Positions 14,078-27,179 of a DNA stretch of 64,000 nucleotides are shown here, piece by piece. Position 1 is the stretch's first letter, and each line of letters starts with the position of its first letter. A model generated the notes under the pieces. It was not told where the DNA came from, did no database searches, and saw nothing but the letters and a program-made list of their open reading frames with translations. Origin of the DNA: Felis catus (lineage: Eukaryota); the NCBI RefSeq assembly GCF_018350175.1, contig NC_058368.1, positions 79,548,001 through 79,612,000 of the forward strand, written 5' to 3'. Made by a program: the position numbers and the translations under genes.

Positions 14078-14432
14078 GCACCCAAAGTATGGTCCCTGCA
14101 CCCACAGCATCAGCCTTACCTGGGAGCCTGTGAGACCCGCAGAGCCACAGGCTGACGGCAGAACCAAAATTTTTAACGTTTATTTATCATTAAGAGACAG
14201 AGCGTGAACAGGGGAGGGGCAGAGAGAGAAGGAGACACAGAATCGGAAGCAGGTTCCAGGCTCCAAGCCGTCGGCACAGAGCCCGATGCGGGGCTCGAAC
14301 TCCCAAACAGTGAGATCATGACCTGAGCCGAAGTCGGACACTCAACCGACTGAGCCCCCCACGCGCCCCCAGAATCTGCATTTTAACACAGTACCCGGAG
14401 ACTCTGTGTGCACGTTAACATTTGGGAAGCAT
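14078..14432 (+). mobile_element. MER5-family hAT-Charlie MITE, split by a SINE
   Basis: CAAAGTATGGTCCC...CAGCATCAGC..ACCTGGGAG on the left and AGAATCTGCATTTTAAC...GCACGTTAACATTTGGGAAGCA on the right of the SINE. Confidence 0.7.
14169..14369 (-). mobile_element. Can-SINE (SINEC_Fc-like)
   Basis: Reverse-complement full-length SINE. Confidence 0.93.
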
Positions 14433-14869
14433 TATCATACATTGTTAAATGACGTTCGCTAGAGGTTTTCCAAAGAAAAGCTTTTGGAGGAACTAATGAG
14501 ACTCCTCCCTTTTCATAAAAGGCTCACTTGACTTATTTTGAGGGTGCCCTGAAGACTCAAAGGGAAGCCGTGCAGATGCTGACTGTCACCTTAGTGGTCA
14601 ACGTGGCTTCGTTCACCCTTTAAAGAGTGGCTTCGGGCACCGTCACTGTGTGTGGGCACAGCAGGGACCTTGGGGCTCTTCCCCTCTGCCTACTGCTCGG
14701 GAAGGTGGTGGCACCTGTCAAAGCTGGCCGTGCAGGGCACAGACAGAGGCTTCGGGTTCATGCCTTGCGCCCTTGGGTCGTTCCCTATCATCTCTGTGTC
14801 CCAGTTGTGAGCCACTGTGTGCCTCCTCTCAGCACCTGTGCACACTGGTCCCAGGTGGACACTTATAAA

Positions 14870-15207
14870 TGTCACGGTCTGTTCGTGTGGCTAGAGCAAA
14901 GTCGCCGGGAACCAAGTGGCCTCACCACGGCAGACATCTACTCCCCACGCTTCTGGAGGCTGGCGCTCCAAGACCGGGTCGCCGGCATAGCCAGGCTCGG
15001 CCGAGGGTCTCTCGTGGGGTTCAGACTAGGCAGGTCTCCATGCAAGGAGCGCGGCCAGGGCGCCCCCTCCGCCTGTTTCCTAAGGGCACTAGTCCCACTC
15101 AGGACCTCTTCACCTCCTGTCCCATCACCTCGAGGCTGAGGTTTCAACAAATTAATCTGCGGGGGTGGGTGGCGCAGGGGTGGGATACACACGTTCAGTC
15201 TACAGCG
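14870..15207 (-). mobile_element. MaLR solo LTR (MLT1A-like)
   Basis: TTCTGGAGGCTGG..TCCAAGA, TAAGGGCACTAGTCCCA, CCATCACCT..AGGTTTCAACA, CACACGTTCAGTCTACAGC are collinear with the MLT1A consensus as recalled. Confidence 0.75.
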
Positions 15208-15483
15208 ACAAAGTTGAGAAGCGATTTTATAGGAAACGAAACAAAAACGACTTCAGTAGCTACTTTGAACTTACTGCGCGTTGGTGCAGTTCAAAAATTA
15301 CAAGCCACACCTTGCTACCTGACCTTGGATGCAAGAGAAACATAATTAAACGTTTTGTTTTCTCCCTCAAGAGAGTAGCCTAGAGAGCAGGGTTGCGGAC
15401 TCTGGGACTACAGGAAGGGTAAGGACATGAGGTCCCCTTTCTGGCGAACCTGCTCTCTAGCAATCAAACTCAAGTGCAGCATG

Positions 15484-15531
15484 CCGTCCGGCCCCCCGTC
15501 CGGCCCCCCGTCCGACCCCCCGTCCGGCCCC
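15484..15531 (+). repeat. 12-bp GC-rich tandem repeat (CCGTCCGGCCCC) x4
   Basis: Direct reading; one copy has a G>A change. Confidence 0.9.
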
Positions 15532-16090
15532 TGCATCCTGCCTGAGTCACCAGGTAATAGCGGCAGGTGCTGCGGGCATCAGCCTGGGGCACAAGCCTCC
15601 TTGCTCTGCCCATGGCTGCCCTCGGGTGTAGATATTTACTCCCCGGCCTGAGCATGTTTTCAGCCACACCTGGATGCCTGCAGGTAACCGGGAGAAAACT
15701 CTCAGTGGCAGCGAAACCGCATACCTGTGAATAATCGGAATGTGTGCGCAGAGGGAGGCGATTACTTACTGTCTTTGGAATGGAGCAGCTTGGCTTCTGG
15801 TTGGACAGGTGCACACTGGAAAGGAGGAGGGGACACCGAAGGCCCCCGTGTCTGCTGCCTGCTGTATTCAGTTAGCTCTCGAGGAGGCTGGAAAGAAGGC
15901 TCCTTCACCAGAGCCAGCATTCAGGAGATCTTGGGGGACAAATCCCAGGGACCGGGCTACCTTGCAAGCATGCTGGGACCCAGGATTGGATAACATGATT
16001 AAACTGGAGACAGACATGTTATTATCTGTCACCAGGGTCTGAGTTAGACACACTGCCTTCATCCTGAGTCCTCAAAAGTGCACTCTCTTT

Positions 16091-16293
16091 GGGGCGCCTG
16101 GGGGGCTCAGTTGTTTGAGCGTCCGACTTCCGCTCGGGTCATGATGTCGCGGTTCGTGAGTTCGAGCCCCGCATCGGGCTCTGTGCTGGCCGCTTGGAGC
16201 CTGGAGCCCGCTTCGGATCTTGTGTCTCCCTCTCTGCCCCTTCCCCACTCACGCTGTCTCTCTCTTTCTCAAAAATAAATAAACATTAAAAAA
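16091..16293 (+). mobile_element. Can-SINE (SINEC_Fc-like)
   Basis: Canonical head, body and tail. Confidence 0.94.
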
Positions 16294-17783
16294 GACTTTG
16301 AGGAAGTCCTGGTGGATTGTAATGGGCAAAGGGAGAACACAGCTCCTTGAAGGCCAAGCCCGGCCTTGCTGAGCCACAGCCTCTGGGCACCGGCGGCCAG
16401 GACAGTGGCACTGCCCGCAAAGGGGTCTGGCTCTGGTGCCGGCCGGACGTCGTGGGTTCAGATGAGAGCAGGAAGCAAGACCTTGGAGCCAAGAGCTTCG
16501 TGTTTTCAGAGAATAGACCGGACGGCAGGAAGGAGCGCGAGTTTGCTCTGAGAGCCGTAAACAACGTCTGGGCTGCCTGCCTGGGAGGAGATGTCTCCGG
16601 CAGGTCCTCGAAAGCTCCGGCGGCTGGGGGGAGGTGGCGGTGGACATCCCTCCCCTTCCCGGGCCCCGTGGGGAAGTAGCGGCCAGGGCAGGTCCGGTTT
16701 GGGGTAAACCAGACGTGGCGCGCATCCCTAGCAGAGACGGGGAAGCAGAGCAGAGCCAGGCGGCAGCGTCCCCAGCTCTGCCCAGCGGGCGCCGACCCCT
16801 TGTCGCCTGGGTCCCCTCACCACCCAGGCTCTCAGCCCAGCGCCCCCCTCCTCCTTTGCAAGGAGCGTGAGAGGCGCACCAACACCTCTTCCAAGGAGGA
16901 GAGGGCTTTGCGGAGACGGACACCCGTGTGCGCAAGTTAACCGGCCTCTGTCGCTTTTCCGGGGAAGCCTGCTCGCCCCCACCCAGCACCACGCAGCTGA
17001 ACACCAAACCTCTAGCCTTACAAAGTTGCCGTGGGAGTGACTCTTTCTGGGCGGCCTCAGGCGGCACCGGATGGTGGAGTGAGACTCCCCGTAAAGAAAC
17101 ACAGCTGGGGAGAGGGCATCTTCCCAACACCCCATCCTCGCTCAGCTGAGCCGGACATACCGACCCCGTGGCTCAGCGTGTCAGCAAATGCCCGCTGCCC
17201 CTTGAGAACAGAATCGTGACGGTGTTCTGGGCTTTGCTTTCTCTGGGCAGCACGGACGTTTGCAACAGATGTCACTGATGATGGTAATGCGATGACAGTA
17301 ATTACATCAGTGGATAAAGACACTACACGCCCGGCGATTTCTGACTGCGCCGACTCATGAAATTAACCGCCTTCAACGTGGGGTGATGGACACAGCACCA
17401 ACGCCCGGCAGGCGTGGGGCCCGCCTCAGGTCCACTTTGGGCCTCCCTGGAGGCCCCCGGGTGACCAGCCGGGGAGATGTCACATGTGCCCGTGGCAGAG
17501 CCCGGCCCGGCCACGCGGGCTGAGACAACAGAGCATCAGCACGCACCCACCCGCGGTGACCTGCTGTTTCCGGAAATGTCCCTCCCTTTCACTTGGAGCG
17601 GCCTGTCACCCCCAACGAACAGCCCTTGGAAGCTGATGGAAGTTTCCGCCGTTTACTTAATGCTGTTCATCCTCCTGTTCCACCCATTCTGTGTATCAGG
17701 CAGTAAAGCAAAGCTTTCAAGAAACACAATAAACTTTGCTGGGCAATTTGCATAATTGATTCTCACTGAAACATGGGAGTTAA

Positions 17784-18249
17784 GGGGCGCCTGGGGGGCT
17801 CAGTCAGTTGGGCATCAGACACTTTTCCTTTTTTAAAGTTTATTTATTTATTTTGAGAGAGGCAGAGACAGCATGAGCAGGGGAGGGGCGGAGAGGGAGG
17901 GAGGGAGAATCCCAGTTCAAGACACTGGGCTTGAACCCACAAAACTGCGAGATCATGACCTGGGCTGAAACGAAGAGTCAGACGCTTAACCGACTGAGTC
18001 ACCCAGGCACCCCAAACATCCAGCTCTTGATTTTGTCTCCGGTCATGATCCCAGGGTGGTGGGATCGAGCCCCAAGTCAGGCTCCAGGCTGGGCGAGGAG
18101 CCTGCTTAACATTCCTGTCCCTTCTCCCTCTGCCCCTCCCCTGCTTGTGCACATACTCTCTCTGTCTCCCTCTCTCTGTCTCTCTCTAAAATAATAAAAT
18201 AAAATAAAATAAAATAAAATAAAATAAAATAAAATAAAAATAAACATTA
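17784..18249 (+). mobile_element. Older Can-SINE with (TAAAA)n tail, interrupted by an opposite-strand SINE
   Basis: Head at 17784-17820; body resumes at ~18017 (CTCTTGATTT..CCGGTCATGATCCCAGGG); (TAAAA)n at 18194-18240. Confidence 0.85.
17824..18013 (-). mobile_element. Can-SINE nested in the preceding element
   Basis: Reverse-complement SINE ending ...CACCCAGGCACCCC. Confidence 0.9.
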
Positions 18250-18334
18250 GACTTCAATAGTCAGTTGAGAAAGTGAAATAGTAGAGCCGGAACTGACACT
18301 ATGGCCTCCTTGTTTCTCCAATTTGTCAAGTATG

Positions 18335-18620
18335 TTTCTGCCGCAGGGCCTTTGCATATGCTGGTCCCTAGGCCTTCAATGCTCTTTCTCTGAATCTCCT
18401 CCACACAGAGGCCTTTCCTGACCACCATAGAATGTCATGGTCCCGCCATTCCCCCCAACCTAGCCCTCTCTCTAGGACTCCCTGTCCTGTTTGTCTCATG
18501 TCACGTTTTGTGTGTGTTGACTTCTTTGCAACGGAAGAAGTTCTGTGAGTGCCAGGATGTGTGTTCCCTCACCACACTGTCCCCGGCGCCTGCAAGATTG
18601 CCCGACGTGGAGGAGACAGA
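18335..18620 (+). mobile_element. L2 3' fragment
   Basis: CAGGGCCTTTGCATATGCTGGTCCC...AGAGGCCTTTCCTGACCAC motifs typical of L2. Confidence 0.6.
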
Positions 18621-18703
18621 TACACGCTAAACGCTGTCGAGAAAACAAAGCGGGAAAAGAGGAAAGATGCTCAGTGACTTGTCTCAGATTTGCAGCCACA
18701 TAC

Positions 18704-18892
18704 GGGGTCCCCGGGCGGCTCAGTCGGTTGAGCTTCCGACTCTAGGTATCAGCTCAGGTCATGATCCTGCGGTCCGTGAGTTCGAGCCCCGCATTGGGCT
18801 CTGTGCTGACAGTGCAGAGCCTGCTTGGGATTCTCTCTCTCTCGCTCGTTCTTGCTCTCTCTCTCTCTCTCTCAAAATAAATAAACTTTAAA
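18704..18892 (+). mobile_element. Can-SINE
   Basis: Head, GAGTTCGAGCCCC B-box, CT tract, AATAAATAAAC tail. Confidence 0.92.
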
Positions 18893-19679
18893 CATTTTTT
18901 AAAAACTCAGGCACAAATAGCCTCTTGCTTTCTCAGTTGCTCCAAGGTCTATACCATCACTGTCACCATCGGACAGGGATGGTTGGGCTCGCCTACATCT
19001 TCTGAGTGGGAAAAACAGAGCGAATTCTGGAAGGTCCAGGGACTCTCGCCATGAATTGGTGTCGAGCAAACTCCCCATTGCCACCAGGGAGCTGAGGGAG
19101 GGACCGGAACTAAGGGCGTCCGCCAGAACGGGGGCTCACATGGGATCTTAGTCTTTTTAAACGTGCGCACTTTTCCGGGAGAAAGATGGGGTGTGGTCAC
19201 CGTGCGATTTTTAACAGACGTATCCACGCAGGTACCTCCTTTCCAGCATCGCATGCGCCACAGTAGATATGCGCTCCTTAAGCCGTCGCTCTGCTGTGCG
19301 TGATGCTTCTGGCACTTGTCCACGGGCACCGTGAGCCTTTGCACTCAGTCCTCCGTTTAGTTCAGAGTCATGCTGTTTTAAAAACCCTTGAGATAAAAGG
19401 AAGTCCAGTAAAAGGTATAGATTTTAAAAGTCAGAACATAATGATCATGTGAATGCAAAAGAAGCAGCTGTGTTTGAAGTCAGATCTCCATACGTGATGT
19501 GTCTGCCCCTCTTTCTTAGACCGAGAGCCTGCTTCAGTTCTGGAGGGGGGGCGGGGGGCAAGCTTCCACTTCAAAGTCTGTTTCCCAGCTTCTCCTGGAA
19601 CTTTTACAAGTGTCTAAAGTCCAGCCCGTGCAACCTAGACAGAAGGTTCACTTACAAAGCAGCTGATTTGTTTCGTATG

Positions 19680-19955
19680 TCCCCTTCACTTCCTGGTTGG
19701 GAAAGCACATGTGATGGCTGGAGCTGCAGAAGCCACGTTGCACCATGAAGAAAACTTGAGGACAGAAGACGTGCACGGAGGATGGCAAAGCCTAATGACA
19801 GAGCGAGCCTCGGTCCTGAGAAACTTTGTGAAGACACTGTACTGGCCTCGAGGTGTCCACATTTGGTCTCATTTTACCTGAGAGAATAAACCCTTCCATG
19901 TTTGAACCATTGTTGTTTTGGCTTTTCTGTTATAGGGAGCTACATGTAATCTGCT
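19680..19955 (+). mobile_element. Old MaLR LTR fragment (MLT1J/K-like)
   Basis: ATGTGATGGCTGGAGCTGCAG..GCCA..TTGCACCATGA, GAGGATGGCAAAGC, GAGAGAATAAACCC..TGTTTGAACCATTG motifs. Confidence 0.65.
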
Positions 19956-20159
19956 TGGTATTGATGAAGCACTGGGATTGGATGTCAGTCACTTATTATA
20001 ATTCAGAAGATGTACTTTAATCCCCTGAGTAATGTTATGCATTCATAAAGCCAATAAACGAGGTAAATATTGAGAGGTATGCAAGTCTATGGTACAATCT
20101 TCAAAACAATGAACTCACGTAGACTGGTGGCTAGAGTAGTATGCAAGACAAGTGCGTCC

Positions 20160-20430
20160 ATTCAAAACACTCAGCAAACATTTGTTGAGTACCTACTATG
20201 TGCCGTGTGTTGTCTTAGCCCTCCCAAAGCACAGGGGGAACGCGCCAACATTCGGAACAAGCGCTTTGAATTCTGATGCGTTATTTATTAGCCGTGTGAC
20301 CCCGAGCAAGATGTGTGATCTCTGAGCTTCGGCGCTCTGGATAACACCTAACCCTTGGGGTTTGTGAATGTGACAGGTGAATGTGAAAATGGAGGCAAAT
20401 GTCCTAGGACAGTGGCTTGGCAGTCACAGA
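20160..20430. mobile_element. L2 terminal fragment (minus) followed by MIR (plus)
   Basis: CAGCAAACATTTGTTGAGTACCTACTATGTGCC, then TTATTAGCCGTGTGACCCCGAGCAAG..TCTCTGAGCTTC. Confidence 0.6.
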
Positions 20431-20999
20431 AACGGAGTTTTGACAGCCCCTATGTCCTCAGTGTGGTCCTGTCCTTCGGAGAGCTCCCTCGTGGGAGAAA
20501 AACGCACATAAGCAGGTGCCACGGTGGAGCCTGGAGGGTGGCAGAGTAGAGCGGTGAGCCTTGGAATCCAGAGAAGTGAATGCGAAGTGAGGCGAATGGA
20601 AAATGGGTCGTGTTGTCCTTAAGACAGCTCACCGCGTGTTTCTGGATTTCCTCCCTCCGCCCTCCCCCCGCTCACACTGGAGATGTTACTGCGAGAAATA
20701 GGTCTCTTAGATGTGGGCTTGCTCATCATGGCAACGTCACCTAACTTATCCTGACTGATCCAGGTGATGCTACCTGTCTTGAAGACCGAGTGCAGATGTC
20801 CAGGTAAAGAAGGAGCCCTCAACGCTCTCGGGCCAAGGGAATTTCTTACGCAAGGGCCACAGAGGCGTAAAAGGCTTCACGTCGGTAACGAGTTCAGTGT
20901 TGACTGTTCCCCGGCACGGGGAGCGTGGACAAAGACGCGGGTGGGGGCGGACTGTATAAGCCACCTTGTACAAGGCCAATTCCCCAGAAGTGATTCAAA

Positions 21000-21750
21000 C
21001 TCAGAAACATTCTGGATTCAATAAGTTAAGAGCTCAGAAATGATTCTGTAAACAGAAATCAGAATCCGATCAAAAGGGGAATGAAGTCCTAAAGCGGCAC
21101 TAACACAGCACGAACGTGTTAGGAACATACACGGCAGGTTGGACGTGGGTGAACTTGGAGTTGCCGACACGGAGGAAAGTCCGACCAACCACAGTGAACA
21201 CACACAGATAAAAAGGAGAAATGAAGACATGTACAGCAAAGCTAATGATCTGAATACGGACATGTGTCAGAAATAAGGCCCGTCCCATAATCGCTGCCCT
21301 TAAAGTAGAACTCAATACGCTCAGAATAAAGAGTCTTCAACGGCATAATACAAGAATGTTTTCTTGACATAAAGAAAGATCAGTGTCTGAAAATGCAGAG
21401 TTCACTGAACTGCCCAGAGCATTTGAAAAACAATGCTCAATACTGGTGAGGCTTCTGAATTTCAAGGATAAAGACGGCTTTTCAGGCATCAAAACAGAAA
21501 GAAAAACACTGGAAGAGTAAGAAATTAGGTTAGGCAAGAGTTCTATGCACCGGCATTTAATGCCAGGAGGCAGTGGAGAAATGCATATAAAGTCCTTGAG
21601 AAAAGACTTGAAAACATTCTACCTGACCCAATTTGTTGTTCATCTGTAAAGACAAGAGGCAAATACTCTCCTATACGAGAAAACTCAGGCAACATAGCAA
21701 ATGAAAAGGTTTCTTGAAGAAATTTTTGAGTTTTCTGTTTAAGTCCCAAA
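21000..21750 (+). mobile_element. Degraded L1/HAL1 ORF1-region fragment
   Basis: A-rich strand bias; AATGCCAGGAGGCAGTGGAGAAATGCATATAAAGTCCT and ATTCTACCTGACCCAATT..TTCATCTGTAAAG resemble the L1 ORF1 C-terminal region; no intact ORF. Confidence 0.6.
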
Positions 21751-23401
21751 TCCAGATAATTAACAAATGGATTAAAACATAAGCATGCCCAAAGGTCCAG
21801 TGGCAGAAAATTAATCAGTTTACAGAAAGGTTGAATATTTTAAAAGTCATGCGAATTACATTACGGAGGAAATGTAATCTCTTCATGTTGAGAGTGTAAA
21901 ACCAATAAAGTATCATAAAAACCAAAAAGACAGGAAGGGGAGGGAAGAGGAGGGGAGGGGGGAGGGGAAGAAGAAGGGGCCAGTGGGAGGAAATGAGGTT
22001 CAGAATGGTCTCAGATTTCAAAGGATGTGAAGGACTAAAGTGTGATGCCTCATGTATGTATGTCTTTAAAAATTCTTCTGACTTCTAATATTTTAGGAAG
22101 TAACATCTTTTGGCAACTAAACATTTATTTCCAGCCCAGCAATTCTGATCTTCGGTGTCTTTATGTGTCTGTCTGTGCGTGAGCTGGGTGCAGCTCCCAG
22201 ACTTTGGCTAAGGCTTGGGCGTGGCCCGGGGGCCACGATGAGCCTCAGGAAGGCCAAAGAAGCCACAGCATGAAGCGCATGTGTCCGCCAGGCTGAGGAG
22301 GTTTGACTTTTCCTATGAGATAGTGGGGTGGGGGAGGGGCCAGGGATTTTTTTTTTTTTTTTCCGCCAAGGTGGAGATAAGGTCCCGTGTGGATTTTGTA
22401 AGGATCCCTCCTTCACTTTGGCTACACTGAGTTTTATAACCCGTCGACCGGAAGTGCTCCCTCAGCATGGCCTGACAAAGGTGGGTGATGGTCGGGACCC
22501 CCCTAAGATCCTGATCCTCCCCTCGGGTCTCTAGATCTTTATGTCAGATCCTTAAACGCCACTTGGCCTCGTGCTTTCGCCACAGACTACACTGGGCACA
22601 ATCGTTCTCTATGTCCTGCTTAAATCCGGTGCTAACTCGTGTCCTAATCTTCAGAGACTCCAGACAAGAAAAGGAAGGAGGCTCCAGGGGCTTGCAAGCT
22701 GTGCCCACGGGTCCAGGGGGCTGCTGACGAGGGCGCCGGGATGGGGGGCGCCCCCGCCCTCCCCGAGCTGAGGACGGCCAGGCCCCGGCAGGAAGGGCCG
22801 GTTGCGTTTGTACGGCCCACCTGCCCTTCTCCCCGAAAAGTCCTATTTTTTCAGGCCTCCGTACAGTGTAATCGAAAATTCTTCTGACGTCAATATTGGC
22901 ATTCAATAATCCTCACCATTATCAAATTATTCCTTGTGGAAAATGAACGTAGTTTTTCCATAGCCTTCCGTCCCTTTTTCCGGTTCTGCCTTCTTTCAGG
23001 AAGGTCGGTGACAAATCTCTTTTCTTATCATAGCCTCTAATGTAACCAATGGGGATAAACCACTGCAGCTGTCTCTTTTGCAACCTAAACAGTGTTTGCT
23101 TTTAATGCCCCTTCAAAGGTCCAATTTTCCATCCTCTGTATGTTGATCTTGCATGAAATAGCTTCCAGTGTGACCGAAATCAGTACCAAAAACAAACATA
23201 CTCAAAGAACATGGTGTTGGAATTATGTCCAGGCTCTTGGCCACAACAATTCTGTAAATATAGGCCGGCTTCGCTGTTATGTTTTTGATCATGCGAAATT
23301 TATCACTTTATTCCACTTGTGCTTTATTAGGAACCCCTTTTCGAAGTCCCTGGAGGTGGGGGGGGGTGTAACGGGAGTGGAGATAGCTCACTTGAGGTAC
23401 A

Positions 23402-24193
23402 CAGGAAAACCCGGGATCGCGAGTAACTTGTCCTGCGGGTGTTCTGCAAGACGAGCAAACATTTCTTGTAAATTTTAACTTGGAAAAAGAAGGATGTCTT
23501 GCAATACGAGTCGTACGTGATGCTGAAAGTCACACGATCACAACCGAGCCAATGGTTCTCCTCTCTCTCTCTCTCTCTCTCTGCAGGATTGTGGGTGATC
23601 GTCTCCCATGCTCGGATGCTCGGTCTCAGGGCGCAGTGTTTGGCAGAAATCCGTGTTTTTTCAGGATGTTGGAAGGTGCCCCCAACTGGCACTGGTGTAT
23701 TTTTTGTCACTTCAGAGCACCCAGGGACAGTCTTTTGCTTTTCCAGACAAGAATAAGCTTAGGAACGTTTCCCTCCTTCCAGGTCAGGCTGCCTGTAGAT
23801 ACAGACCCTCTCCTCTGCTGCCTTATTGCCACTTACATTCAATACAGCATATGACAAGCGTTTAATAATACTGAACCGTAGTCAACATCCACTGGTGACA
23901 GTGAAAGTCGTCCTACGCAATAACCCTCCTCTCTCTTGTCTCCCTCGCACCAGCCACAAAGGTTTTCAAAGGTAAGTGCGGGTTACTTTATTTTTCTTTA
24001 TATTTTGTATTCTCTCTTTCATTTTGTATTAGATTACAATTGTAATCATTTTTATATGAATATTTGGGGGTTGTGGAACGAACCATCTGAGTTTCCATGA
24101 TTTCTCATGGGGAAATTCCCTTTGATATTCAAGTGCTTTGGATTACCAGCGTGTTTCTGGAACGAATTATGCTCGCAAGCCGAGATTTTCCTG
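23402..24193 (-). mobile_element. Non-autonomous TcMar/Tigger-like DNA transposon with both TIRs
   Basis: Left end CAGGAAAACCCGGGATCGCGAG and right-end reverse complement CAGGAAAATCTCGGCTTGCGAG (~22-bp inverted repeats); TA on the right flank, CA on the left; internal (CT)n; no transposase ORF. Confidence 0.8.
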
Positions 24194-24745
24194 TACTTGG
24201 CGTTTGCAAGGGTTCCAATCACGAGTCCCTTGCCTGCTGCTGGTACAGCCACTGTCGGCCCCTCCCTGTGAGACACGACCCCACCTCAGTGTTTGTCACC
24301 AGCACCCGGCTCCGCTCACCGTCTTGCAGCTTCACACTTCACAGGATGCTGAGGGCTCCCAGGCCCAGAGGGCGAGCCTCGTTCAGTGCAAACCAACCAC
24401 AGACTCTCCAGTGACCAGGATCCCCGTGGGCAGGGACCCAGACTCGGTCAGTGGGAGTGAGGCCCAGCTGGCTGGGCGTGGGTGGCTCTGGGACCGTTTG
24501 TGTCCCTTCAGAAAGTCCCCAAAGAGGACACATTGTCTTATGGGATATTATTATGGGATGATATGCCTTTGGGGACCGCGACGGCCATCTTATAAACATG
24601 AGGAGACAGGTCTGAGAGAGAAAAGCCAAGCTGCTGAGGGCAGCTGATAGGTGACAAGGTCCTGGGGCCCTGATGATGCCATTTAGCTGCCTACATAACC
24701 CCGCCCTGAACTCTTGTTTGTGACATCATAAATGCCTTTACTGTC

Positions 24746-24937
24746 CAGAGGCTCTCACGGTTTGGTCCCAGACCGGTAGCCTTAGCATCCCCTGGGACAT
24801 TGCTAGAAACACAAATTCTTGAGCCCCACCGCAGATCACCGAAAAGGAAGTCTGGGGACAATCCAGCGATCTGGCCTAAGAAGCATTCCAGAAGATTCTG
24901 ATCAGCCCGCACTCTGGAGGACTGGTTTGAACCACTG
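24746..24937 (+). mobile_element. MER5A-like hAT MITE
   Basis: TGGTCCCAGACC..AGCATCCCCTGGGAC..TAGAAACACAAATTCTTGAGCCCCACC..GATTCTGAT..GAACCACTG. Confidence 0.75.
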
Positions 24938-26295
24938 AATTGGACTACTGTTTGCAGCCAACACCATCCTGATGAATACGCGCATTTTCCGGGAAAGGCT
25001 GTCGGTCCATTTGATCTTTTTGTCTTATGTCTCATGTGGGAGTCATCTGGGAACTTGCAGTGTCTCAGAAGGGAGGGCTGAGCTCAGGCAGGCTGCTTGG
25101 CTCAAGGTAGGTTCCTTAAGGTGCAAGGGATTTTGTGACAATTTAGCGATTTTAGAGTTCCTGTCCCGGATGAAAGGAGGCGATTCTGGAATAGAGAAAA
25201 AGAAAACCCAGCAGGTACAGCTCAGGTCAGGGGAGCCAGTGCCCAAAAGAGCCCAGAACTTTCTCTACGTGTAGTGGCCAAGGCCATGGGTCACTTGAGA
25301 GTTGAGCTGGATTCCAGGAAATCATTTTAGCCCCAAATCAAGGAGGTACTAACGGCAAGCAGGTGCGGAACCACCCAAGAGTTAAACAGCACCCTATGGA
25401 GCAATGCAAGCCAGCCGAGTAGCAGAAGAGACACCGGCCGGAGGAGAGAAAACCCAGCCAGATCCTGGAGGGACGTTTGGCGTTGCCCAAGGGCACGAGG
25501 CCACACAGGTCTGTGTCAAGGACCATCTCCACCCCGCAGTGAGTCATAGAAATCAAAGAAATGTGGGAGACCCGCACAGGGAATGTGGTGGAAAAGACAC
25601 ACCGCCCATTTCAAAGGAGCAGTTATGACCCCTCTGCCCTTCAACTGGGGGCCAAGCGTGGCTGTCATAAACGTGGCACGCCAGCTCCACTCAGATGCTA
25701 GCACGCCCCGTCCAATGTCCACTCATAAGCGAGTGGCCCCATCTGCCGGGGCCCGCTGGGAAACCTGTTCAGGGATGTGGTTTCCTGAACCACAGGTCCT
25801 GGTCCTGCAGGACAGCTCACACACTGGGCACAGCAAAAGGCCAGAAGCCAGTCTGCGTCCTCCAAGTTGGCTACTGAGACCATCCATAGGTGAGAACTGC
25901 ACTCTTCCAAGATCAACAGAGGGGGATCCCCACCCTCCCCATCGTTGGGTCATATGGGACTCAGCCTTCTCTTCAAAGTTTCCAAATGGTGCTCGGGAGA
26001 ACATTTGTGGCATTTGTGGACCTTTGCGACAACTCCACACTTCTTCATTTCCAACTGGCTTTTGGGTAAAGACATTTGCTGATTTCTGCCTTGTACGACT
26101 CCCTTAGAATGGCAGCTTTTAGCTGCCCTTCCATTAAAATAGTTAGATTTCAGGGGTGTCCAGCCTAGAGGCCTTTCTCCTCCTCTGTGTCCAACAGGAG
26201 CCCTGAGGGGAATCTGTCCAGGCACGACCAGGCTGTGTGGCCCCCCTGACACCACACAGCTTTTGCCAGTCTCATGCCTTAAAAGCCAACATTGC

Positions 26296-26509
26296 GGGGC
26301 ACCTGGGTGGCTCAGTCGGTTAAGCGTCCGACTTCAGCTCAGGTCATGACCTCACAGTTTGTGGGTTCGAGCCCATGTCAGGTCTGTGCTTACAGCTTGG
26401 AGCCTGGAACCTGCTTCGGATTCTGTCTCCTCTCTGCCCCTCCCCCACTCGCACTCTGTCTCTCTCTCTCTCTCTCTCTAAAATAAATGTTAAAAAAAAC
26501 AAACAAACA
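26296..26509 (+). mobile_element. Can-SINE
   Basis: Canonical; TSD aaaagcc(a/g)acattg at 26281-26294 and 26510-26523. Confidence 0.95.
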
Positions 26510-27179
26510 AAAAGCCGACATTGAAAACCATCTTCCAAACTGCTCTGGCTTCATTTGTTCAAAAGAGGGGACACCCATGTTATGGCACTACTTTAATTTT
26601 AGGGCAAAGTGCAGGCGCAGAGGAATTATCTCTAACAAGGAGGGGAAGCAATCCTTGATGAAAGTCTACAGTCATCATTTCCGTTATTTGCTGCCCCCGG
26701 AAGCACACCTCCCGGGCGTGATGACTCTGTGTGGGTGGTTCGTGCGCACCCCCGGGGGGCTGCGGGTCAGCTTGGACGCTGGCTCCTGCCGCTCAGAGCC
26801 ATGTGCCCTCTGGCAAAGTCATTTCGTCTCTTGCGCCCTGGCCGCCCCATCTGTACAAAGGGGAGGGCGATTCCCACCGCCCGCGGTTGTTGCCCACCGT
26901 AAAGGAGCTAGCGTCAGCACAGCGCTGGGGACAGCGCCCATCCAGCAACCACGAGCATCCTACATCCTGTACAATGTTTCCTTCGTACGCTTACTTTTCA
27001 TTAATTCTGTGACTTGGGGAATATTCTCGGCTTGCCAGAATGAAAATATTTAAATGAGAGGAGGCGTCCAAGTATCTCAAGAGCTTCACGTTTTTACTCT
27101 GAAACACCAGGAGGTGAGTGGCTTTATGTTGAACTCAGAATCCTCACGCGGGAAAAAAACCTCCTCGAGGCCTTATCCG

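Noticed and set aside
3815..17135. ORFs of 245, 390 and 293 aa (3815-4552, 10273-11445, 16249-17130) as genes or pseudogenes
   Set aside because: No recognisable protein family, Pro/Arg/Gly-rich composition typical of GC-rich non-coding DNA, and one runs into a SINE.
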